In this document: positions 1 through 10,291 of the stretch, one piece after another
Numbering within the stretch: the stretch's first letter is position 1
Layout: every line of letters begins with the position of its first letter
DNA from: Magallana gigas
Lineage: Eukaryota
Assembly: GCF_963853765.1 (NCBI RefSeq)
Contig: NC_088858.1
Location: 39,866,001 to 39,930,000 of the forward strand
Length of the DNA: 64,000 bases
Direction of reading: 5' to 3'
Position numbers and translations under genes: made by a program
Notes under the pieces: generated by a model
Told to the model about the DNA's origin: nothing
The model's input: only the letters and a program-made list of their open reading frames with translations
Database searches by the model: none

Positions 1-619
1 ATACAAGTACAAGTACTTTTTTGTTGAGGCACATTACAGGCTTAATCATTTATTTTACTTATTTCGTTTATTAGGCAATGATGTCGTGTTACACGGAGAT
101 GGGGTTCAGTTTAACTTGGATCATTCTTTACCTCACTAACCAGTCGGCGAGTCAACATCGAGAGCTGCTTTCAGTATTGTTTGCTTTCCACAACAACATA
201 GCTTGTAGATTTGTATTATACAAATGTATAGAGACAACGAATAAAGAAATATTTTTACAATTACATATTAAGATTTGTGCAATCCATTTTCGTAAATGCT
301 CTTATTCATAGCTATTAAAACTAAATAAGGCAAAGAAAAACTATTGTATCATCGCCTGTAACAAACACGAATAAGCGCAGAAAGGACCAGGACAGTCGGC
401 CATGACAGTTTTATGGTCCAATCTCCATGATCTGGTTAGCGGAACTCGGACAGCAATGCGTCGTTACAAATAGAGCTGACAAGTCGTGTTTTTGACTAAT
501 TGTTAATCCATACGCGAACAATAAAAACATGTTCAATTGTGTGAGTTTCTTCGTTGATAGCGACAAACATCGCACGGGCAAATACACGGCGTGTGCTTTT
601 TTCCCCTCCTGTTTGAACG

Positions 620-3600
620 ATGTATGCAGTTGTGTTTTGTCTTGCATTTTTTGGACTAGTGCAGGGAATTCAACATAGAGATATTTTGGATCTTTACAAA
701 TATAGATACCATGGGAATGTAAGTGATTAATTTTTCGTCTTGTTCATTTTCAAAAATCATTCATCGTACGAATTCAAAATGATTCTGATGGGTGTATACC
801 AAACCGCCAGTTGCTGTGTTGACTCTGTCTAGGTTTTAAAAAAGATTCATAGTTGATTTCTAATCAATTTTATGTTTATCTTCAATTTTTGTCGTATCTA
901 TAGTTGCTATTTAAAATGATTTTTTTTTAAATCTAATATTTTGAATTTAGAAACGAAATGTTTCCAAAATTACAAAACAATATGAATAAACTTTATGGAT
1001 ATCAAAGTATTGAAAATATGTTTATACAGTAATATCCTATCAAAAAAAATATAATTGTTTTACACATTTTATCAATTGTTGATCGAAAAAATAATGATGC
1101 ATAAATGATAAAAATATATCTTGTATTATATACAAGTAGAATCCTATCGTATTGACTATGAAAAGAACAAAACCTACATTTTAAGCAAATCAACAGCATT
1201 TTCAAGAATCTATAACAAAATTTATGATCTTTCAAACAAATTCATCAGTCGTCTCTGCAATATGAATATGCATAAATCAACACTACTATCAAAATCCAAA
1301 TTAACAACAAAAGTAGATCCAACATTATCAATGCAAAACACAACACAAACTTTACAATCATTTACATCAAACTTAAATACCAGGTGGCGTTATAAAATTA
1401 AATCTAAGCATTCGACTAACATTGGAAGACTCCAAACAAATCTGTCAAGCGAGTACTTCAGACGGAAGCCATTCGAGGCACATCAGAGGCATGTTCCTGT
1501 TTACACTTGGCGATAAATAGTGATCATGGCCAAGAATACATAAAAACATCATGCATGCATAGAACATTTAGGATAGACCAGTGATGAAGCTGTGTTTGAT
1601 TTATTAACTACAAAATTTAAGTCATTTTTAAAGAGAGGCAACTCTACTAGCCAACAGTCGAGGAAACTAAGAGCATTTTTGGGAGTCTTGGTTACAGACA
1701 ACCCCACCCCCTTTGGATATATCACGACAAATATTTTTAAAATATTTTATCCCCTCCTTCTTAACAGAATGAGGAGGATTTTTATTTTTTTTTGGGGGGG
1801 GGGGGTTGTAACGCTGTACACCCCCCTTTTGTTTTGTATTGATGTTTGTTTGTTTGTTAAAGGGGCATGGTCACGATTTTGGTCAAATTTTATTTTTCTG
1901 TTTTTATTATTTGCAATACTTTTTGAATGCATTTCTAATGATCAAATGAAATTTGGGTGCCAGTCGTTGAGTTTTAAGCAAGATACAGGGCTTACAATTC
2001 TTCGTCATGTAAACAAGGCTCATGCCCTGTTTTTGTTTACATAGGCTCAAAATCCAGTAAAAAATCTTTTTTAAGCTGGTTTGTGTATCTTATAAATAAA
2101 CAGTTCCTAACGATTATCACATTTATTTTAGGTCTAAAACTGGAATTTTCACTTCAACGTTCAAAATGTAAACAAACGCTTTGTTTACATAACGAAGGAT
2201 TGTAAGCTCTGTAACTCGCTTATAACTCATCAAATGACACTCAAATTTTGGTTGCCTATTAAAATGCCTTACTAAAGCATTGTAAACATTAAAATCGTAA
2301 AAAAAAATGTTGACCAAAATCGTGACCATGTCCCTTTAAGACTATTTAGCATATTTGTTTATTTTGTTGTTATTTGTTTAAGATACTTAACGTTATTAGC
2401 ATGTATATTAATATTGCAGATAATTACGTTTGTTTTATATTCAGAGCCATATATAATGGGGGTTTTTATGAATTGTGAATTAAAAATAGAATTGTTTTAG
2501 AAAAATATACGTATTTTAGTCCTTTCGGTTGTCCATAGGTACTGCAATAACTCGCATCGACTTTTTCCAAATATTTTAAAGATAACCTAGATTTTCATTT
2601 CTGTTTAGGGTATATTTTTTGAAGCTACGCACGGAGGAACGTGTAGCTACGACCCCCCGAGCATGCCCCCCGTGGCCCGGTACATAGACAGGACCATCGC
2701 CATCAACCCCCGCCAGTTCTACCGGGGATACGCGTGTGGTGTTTGCTTTAGGGTACGATTTTTAAGATAAAAAATACCATCTTTTTCATGTATTTGTTTT
2801 CAAAGAACATATGTACAGATATTTTCATAACAAAAGTAGATAGTATTCTTTTTTTATCAGTTCATTTGATATTATTTGCAAAATTTATGAAGTATCTTTA
2901 AAAAGAAATTTTCGAAATATGATGCCTAAACATAGGTTTGGGTCTATGTTTTATGAAGCAATCAAGTAATATATGTGGAAGCATGTTCTTAAGTTTAAAG
3001 CATCAGTTTTGTGATGAGACAAACATTTTTGACAGAAATTCTTTGTTCACTCGACGGTTTTGTAGATAGCAACGCAAGTAGTTTATTCAAGAACAGTGTA
3101 CGCTTATATTTCTTGTATAGAAGACACAGTGAAATGAACACTGTATGTATTATTTACAAAAGTGTGTTTTAAACACCTGTACTAAGTGATACGAATGGAT
3201 TAAATTTTATGAACTTTATAAACTGGTCATGGTTCACTCAATTTTTCTATATTATGCGATAAAGATTAATTTTAGGTAAACATAGCTGGCAAATCTAATG
3301 GTGGGGCTCAAGTCGATGAGACATTTACCGTATTTGTTAAAGACTACTGTCCAAATTGTATGCCAGGTAAGGTGGAGCCAAAATCAAGCATGAAACGAAT
3401 CCTTCTTTGCGCGAGTATGCATTACAATAAAATAAATATATAAATGTCTACATCTTAAAAGATTTTATAAAAATGTTAAAAAGTGCAACATTTCCAATAA
3501 TTAAATGTTACATCTGGTATTTGGTGTGAGGAAATATTGTTTTATAAATCAGTGAATTTGATTTATATGTATGAAAATATACATGTATGTATATTGCATA

Positions 3601-4323
3601 TTTTACCTTAAGGGATACCCCTTTTAACGGATGACGTTGATGGAAGAATGTGGATGGAAATGCAGGCAATACAGTGCCCAGTAGGAAATACAACACTGGA
3701 GTACAAATTTCAGGGCAGCGGTCCTTACTATATAAAGCTTCAAGTCAGAAATGCAAGGTAAATCTTTGGGATTTTTCGATATTGTACAACAGCTGAATAC
3801 AAAATTCCTTTGTAAATTTAATTAACACTGCACATATTTGTGAGGAGTAGTAATTGTTATATTAACTAAGTTAATCGTCTGAATATATATAGAATTCCTC
3901 CAACAAAAGTAGAAATATATCAACCGAAGTGGCGACAGTGGACACCCTTGGCTCACACCACTGATGGCTTTTGGACATTTGGTACAGAACCTGTTGAAAG
4001 ACCAGTAAAACCACCTTTCCGAATTCGTTTGACTGCAGCAAATGGAGAAAGAATAGTTGACAGTGTTCCCGATTTAGGTAAGCATACCATATTAATCAGC
4101 AAACATATGAACTAACTATTAATGTATCGGCCAATAAACTTAAAAATAGGTCCTAATCATGCATTGATATTTTTGCTATTTGTTTTAATTTTTTTAATGC
4201 ATCATTTATTTGTTTCTGGCAATTATTTATACTATTTAGTGTTTCATTTTTATTTCAGTCAACGGAGTTGTAATGCAAGGTGATGGAAAACAATTTAAAT
4301 TTGATCCAAACTTACCAAAATAG
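620..4323 (+). CDS. Secreted expansin-like protein (EXLX/YoaJ-type: DPBB domain + CBM63-like domain), 6 exons, 242 aa
   Basis: Exons 620-718, 2609-2752, 3276-3366, 3613-3757, 3893-4077, 4259-4323. All introns are GT-AG, phases match and the total is 729 nt. Signal peptide MYAVVFCLAFFGLVQG. Expansin motifs: GGTCSYD, AINPRQFYRGYACGVCFRV, VKDYCPNC, QAIQCPVG, FQGSGPYYIKLQVRN, PFRIRLTAANGE. Confidence 0.92.
1861..2335. mobile_element. Non-autonomous TIR element (Kolobok-like MITE) in expansin intron 1
   Basis: TIR AGGGGCATGGTCACGATTTTGGTCAA ... TTGACCAAAATCGTGACCATGTCCCT, flanked by TTAA at 1857-1860 and 2336-2339. Related copy at ~19335-19809 and an end fragment at ~46600-46638. Kolobok assignment is inferred from the TTAA TSD and RR..YY ends. 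Confidence 0.85.
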
Positions 4324-5159
4324 ATTACCAGAAAAAGAGATACAGCACCGAGTTTGGAAAGTGAAAATTGTCTACTTCTATGTTCATCAAATATCCATTG
4401 TTACTTTACATTAAATTTACTGAACTATTCATATATTAAAAATCTAAAAGGCATACATGTGTACGTCGTTTGACTATGCATAAGTTTAAAAATGGGCACT
4501 TGTAAGAAATATATGCATGGTTACTTTTATTTTTATTTAATGCTCGACAAATACTAATAATTGTGTTTGCAAGGACTAAAATGTTTCAGCATATATGTAC
4601 AAAGAACACATACGCTGCTTTGATATCGCACAACTTATAGCGTTTTAAATAACTCCTAACATACTAATGAAAATTCGAACTTGAAGTGCCATTTTGCGAA
4701 ATGGCGAAATATATCTATTTATTATATCAAAACTTGAAATATGAATAAAGTATGAGTCAGCTGACAAATTCTTTATCTTGATATTAAAAGATTATAAAAA
4801 AAGTATTTACCGTTAGCACCTGACAAGTTTGCAATAAGGAAGGATTTTAGGCTCGAGTATAGTTTCTTTTTATGTAGTTGATTTTAATGTAAAACAATTT
4901 TTGTAAAAAAAATTCAGCCAGCCTTTATATCTTTTTACTGATTTAGATTTCCATTTTTATTCAACATCTACATGTAGCTGAAGTAAACTATTTTGAATTC
5001 ACACACCTCTTTGTCTATAATTGTTGTTTAGTGCAATTTTGTCATTAGATGAGTTTTATAATATATTACAAAAACACTCTATATTTGACAACTGCTTTGG
5101 AATTTTATTCCTCTACTAGCCGATTAACGTCATCATATGATATATAAGTACGTAACATT

Positions 5160-6020
5160 TTATTTTCCAACCAAAGGGCACCAACAACAAGTCTTATCCT
5201 CCGTCATGTGACATGGCAGATGGCAATGTGTTTCGTCGTATCCAAAACAGGGGAACGCTCTCTTTCCTTGTAAATACAAAAATGATTATGTTTGTCGAAA
5301 AAAGTAACATGACAACTATCTGTACCGGTTGAAAAAGTATGTAAGCAAGTACATGTAAGTTATTGTTTAGCATTGTGCATATATGACATTCAGAATACAA
5401 GTGAATTGTCATGTTGTAAATTTTAGAATTTTCTGGATAGGTGTACATACAAAAATTTAAGACATGACAATTACTGTATGACAGAATACATTGAAAATAA
5501 ATTATTTGCACCCGGTCGATCAGACATATAAGTCATTTCATATAAATTGTAAATATCCGCGTGCATGCTTTCTAGTAAAGAACAATTATCTTCAATTCTG
5601 CATATTTTCCGGTATGATAATTTTCTGAAAAAATAAACGCAAAATTAATGGAAACATAGTACGAGTGGGATTTTACAAGTGTAACGGACAGACGCCTTAC
5701 CTGGAAATATACGCGGACAACAACACCTGCTGTCCTCTACCGAGAAGTGACAACGGTAGCCGAGGTACACCGACTTACAGGCCTCCTCCGACTCCGCATA
5801 GTGACAGTCCTCTCGTCTCCTGGGGACCAATAAATACTCCATTACAATTGGTCAAAAAAAACTCATTATCACATACAGTATACAATGTTTGCCTGATGAA
5901 ACGCCTTATTCAAAGATGTCATTCTAGTATATAGAGAATGTTGTACATGACTTACCATTTCGCTGCGTTCGCCCATGCAACAAAACTCAAGAAAATCAAG
6001 AAGTTAGCGACTAGTTTCAT
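5160..6020 (-). CDS. Small secreted two-peptide cysteine-rich precursor, paralogue B, 3 exons, 96 aa
   Basis: Exons 6020-5956, 5819-5701, 5266-5160 (GT-AG, intron phases 2 and 1, 291 nt). Product MKLVANFLIFLSFVAWANA-AKWRR-EDCHYAESEEACKSVYLGYRCHFSVEDSRCCCPRIFP-GKR-AFPCFGYDETHCHLPCHMTEDKTCCWCPLV-GK*. Confidence 0.9.
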
Positions 6021-6581
6021 GGTCTCGAGCAGTGTCTCGTGTAGAGATTACACACGACCCTTTTCTGTAACTTGGCCCATTTTCTTCACTTATACAAGAT
6101 AACTAGCTTTGGATACCAGGATTCACGTACATAGAGCACAATACCAAATTTAGTAGATGCCCTTGGTCTTGCATAAAATTCAATTATTAATGGTCAGGAT
6201 AATGCATCTTGGCGCATTAGCATTATTATAAGGCGCAATGTTATTAATTATATAAAAGGTACATGTAGCTTTCACATTGGAAAGCAACCTCCAAAGAACA
6301 GTAACATTTGGGGTTACATATTTTAACTTTGAACGTTTTCTAATGAAAGTCGATGAAATCTATTAAGTCGTCGTTAGATTTCACCTTTCTTGTTCTTCAA
6401 AACAAAACTAAAATTTGCATATTTTATTTTACCGTAATACATATAGTCTTAAAAAATCTTGGGATTCTTGACATACGCACATTTACATTTTCTGATGAAA
6501 AAAAAGAAACGCAACTCCTATTCAGGCAGTACAAGAACATGAGAACATATATCGGATTAACTCTCTTTTATTGGTCTAGTA

Positions 6582-7741
6582 TCACTTTTGAGCCCCGTGG
6601 GAGGTGCACCAGCAGCAGTACTGTCCAGGGGCGCCACACCTGTCCTGACAATCCGTCACCATGGTACAGCCCGGGGGACAGTTCCAGTCCCAAACCATGG
6701 CACAGTGACCCACTTCTCTCTTCCCTGAAAATCAAAATCAAATCATAGTTTCTGAATAGCTTACAGTCTCCCATCAATACCCAGTACGGAAAATATGATA
6801 CTTGACACAATTTGGTTTTTTTTAATCACTAGCAAGTAGCAACACCGTATCTACATGTACATTGCAGTTGAGCAGTTGTTCATCGAGCAAACCCTTGTTA
6901 TTATTTTCTCTAAAATATTTTTTGAAATAAATCTACCCTCGCTCCAGAAATGTGCTTTTGGAACTTACATACATGTATTTGTAATGGACATGTATTAACT
7001 CAGTGAATAACTTCATTGTAAGATACAAAAAGTACGTGTACCATTTTTGATGACGTCATACCTGGGAAGATAGGAGGACAGCAGCACATGCCGTCATGCA
7101 TGTGACAGGAACCACCGAGGATACCGGTGTGACACTCTGTCTCTGTGTCTACGGGGCGGCACCATTCTCTCTTCCTGATGAAAAATTGAAAAGGTGCGGT
7201 AAGCCAAGCAGCAAAACCATTTAAACATGAAAATTTTATAAGGTACGCTTACCAAATTACAATATCCAGACCTTAGTTTTTAATTCATTCGAATTCTAAA
7301 GGCGTGATTGTTTGTTTGTATATACATTAAGGACCCGATCGAAATGTTTAATAACGTTTTAGTATAATAGTAGAAGTTTTTTTGGTTGAAAATCTACACC
7401 TTTTGAATTTATTGATTGAGGTTTGTTCTTATCAGAAATGCCTTCGAATAAAAAAAAGATTCCTTAACAATTAGGAAATAAATATATATAAAGACCCATG
7501 CATTCAATGCATTGGAAACAATGACATAGCAAGTCTGTTCCAATGGTGCATTAAGTGTTCTTTAACTCTGATAAACAGGCAATATATGTATACAATAGAT
7601 ATACACTCAATGACATGTGGTCATTATTAAGAGGTGTTTCAAGTCTGCAACGTTACACTTAACGAACAAATACTACCTTCTTGCAGCTTGTGAAACGGCA
7701 ATACAGCAGAAAAACAATACAAAGGTTTGTAAATGTTTCAT
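6582..7741 (-). CDS. Small secreted two-peptide cysteine-rich precursor, paralogue A, 3 exons, 106 aa
   Basis: Exons 7741-7677, 7174-7062, 6724-6582 (GT-AG, intron phases 2 and 1, 321 nt). Product MKHLQTFVLFFCCIAVSQA-ARRKR-EWCRPVDTETECHTGILGGSCHMHDGMCCCPPIFP-GKR-EVGHCAMVWDWNCPPGCTMVTDCQDRCGAPGQYCCWCTSHGAQK*. Same 65-nt first exon length and intron phases as paralogue B. Confidence 0.9.
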
Positions 7742-10224
7742 GTTGCCCGATAACAAAAAAGAGTTGGACGCGGAGATCTACGAATGACTCGGTCCTTATC
7801 TAGGAGGTCGTCTGTGGTGTCTCTGTAGAAAAAGTACCATATCGACCTATAGAGCGCTAGTTAATGGACGTCATTGTACAAAATTGTCAATTTCTTTCAC
7901 GCGTATTTTAAAATAAAATCCCACAAAGGACTGGAATTCTAACCAGAAACTAGGAGTAAAATTAAAACCAAAAACACACACACACACACAGACTGCAGAT
8001 AATTAGAGCAACAGATGAAGAGACAAGATACAACGAAAGATAGAATGAAAAATTACTTTTCATATGAATCGATTTAAAATTGCATAAATATTGAATTTAT
8101 CTATAAATATATATCCTCAAACTGTTTCAAGTTTAATTTCCTAGTACTCAGCATTTTCTTGTAGACTATGATTAATAAACAAAATTGGAACTTAATTAAA
8201 TAAAGATTAAACCTAAAACATGCTAATATTGATTCTACAAAACGTGATTAATGGTCTTTCTTGCGATTTTGTAAAACCCGATACAATTTCGTGTCACTTC
8301 GGTATAAAGGAGCTCTATTTGCACAAATACAGTCATTCAAATATTTCTTTACTTGCATGTAGGTCTTCCTGTTTTCAATGAAATCAGAAATTGGACAAAC
8401 TGGTTATTGCCATTGTAAATCAATGACGTAGTTTTTCTTCGTTTCTCGGGATGAATACAGTCTGTCTTGTATTGGTTTTCGCATTATGTACATGTATACA
8501 CTAACATTATTGAAGCTAAATTTATAGAAGAAATATCTCGTCTTTATCGGTTTGCAATACATGTGATTATAAAACTCTTATCAATTATTTTTTAGATATT
8601 TGAGTCATGAATTAAAAGCACCTTTTTAGCTCTTTTAAAGTATCGTTTCACAACTAGATGACAATTTCTGCATTGTCGGTGCATTACTGGTTGTTTTAGA
8701 TCTGCATTGTGAATTTAAAAAAATACATTTAGACTATAAAAACAAGTTAATGGATCAATTTGTATTTAGAACGACAAAAAAATGGCACTACGTGGTGATC
8801 TATTTATAGAACGAAATTAGATTCTAAACAGTAGCAAACCTTTGATTTATTTCCCTTTAAACAAAAGTATTTTTGTGAAAATAAATATCGGAATATTCCT
8901 GCACATGTGATAAATATGTTTAAATGATATTAAAATAAACCCACAAACAATCGGGGAAGTGGAGTGTTCTTTCTATACATGTATATAATTTCATGTCGGA
9001 AAGAGTGATTGAAATCCTCAGAATTAGAGTGCATCAAAGATCTATTCTTTTAATTTAAACTCCTGTCAGTAAGGGTTGGGGTATTTAAAAGTAATAACAA
9101 ACTCCCAGTAAAACTAGTGATTAAAATACAACTCTTTGTGTTACACGTATTTTGATCCCATTTCTTGACAATTTCCAAGGTACAGTTTGTACCCGCCTGA
9201 AATGCGTTGAGAAGCAAGATTTGCTGATGAGCAATCCTACCTTTTTATCTTAAAGATCAAAAGTTTCTTTAATTTCATATATGAATTTTTTGTCTCTAAA
9301 ATAACCTTTATGTATCCATGACTAAAAACAACATAAAAAAAACACAAGCTTTTTTTTTTTTTTTTTTTTTTAAGTTTGAAATCATCGCATGAAAAATCTG
9401 TATTTTTTATAATTCGAAGAACTTTATCATTGAAGAAATTTTGTGTATTTGTGGAAAATGAAACTGCAGTTTAAAGAAGTAAAGTATTTGAAATATTTTC
9501 GAAGGTGTTATTCTTTCTTATTTAGACGCCACAAAATCCAAATCATTAGGTTTTGTTTGCCCTTCGATGTCCTTAAGCTCAAAAGTGAGAGACGTTTTCA
9601 ATTAACTTTTAATGCTTGTAGGTTAATTAAGGGGAAAAGCTTACGTTTGCATTTTGATGCTATTTGGGTTTTTTTTATATTACAGTTACTCATCTAAAAT
9701 AAAAAGCATTTGATTAGAAACAAAGTTCATGCAGCAAAGCAGAGTGAATAATAAATATTTAATCATACGATTTAATACTCTCTTGCTTTCACATAAAACA
9801 TCAAGGTTGGCCAAAAATCGAACCCAAGTCAGGACGGCATGAAAACAACATGGGAGATTGAACACCGACTTGATTAGTCTTTTTTTTCTCGGGAAGCGTG
9901 GGTCAATATTTTTATAAGTCTATACCTACGTATTAAATAGATCTATCTTTACATCTTTGTATACGCTCGAGCGAGGTCGATACCCCATACAAGATCGGAG
10001 CGCTGTGGTCTCCGCTCCTCCAATACAGAACGGATTTATAGGAGGTGGTAGGGACTGCTCTTTATCTCAGGGTATTTATCTGCCTCAAAGCTGTTGTGTA
10101 TACACTCGTCAGCTCTTTAAATGTATTTTAAAGACACAGTCTAGTGTCTTGACAATAAATAAATAGTATATAGGATAATTAAGAGTTTTGTATCGATGTT
10201 TCCCCAATATATTCAGAGGAATTT

Positions 10225-10291
10225 TAAACTCTCTATCTAGAGCGTTGGGACGTGTGTGTGTGTGTTAGTGGATATTCACACCTAAATCAAG
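10225..10291 (+). other. Probable non-coding 5' exon of the gene whose CDS starts at 13683
   Basis: Strong donor CAAG|GTAAGT at 10291/10292. A matching acceptor (atttcatttcag) lies at ~13562, just upstream of the long ORF. The pairing and the exon start are inferred. Confidence 0.4.

Noticed and set aside
1121-1516. 131-aa ORF in expansin intron 1
   Set aside because: Non-ATG start, A-rich composition, no recognisable motif in any frame. At most a decayed insertion.
620-4323. Bacterial contamination as the source of the expansin (also considered for the YqaJ and oxidase genes)
   Set aside because: All three have multiple phase-consistent spliceosomal introns and are interleaved with host MITEs and metazoan genes.
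9957-10166. GC-richer ORF with several Cys and a GGAGCG..CGCTCC hairpin, checked as a third peptide paralogue
   Set aside because: No signal exon, dibasic site or matching Cys framework on either strand.
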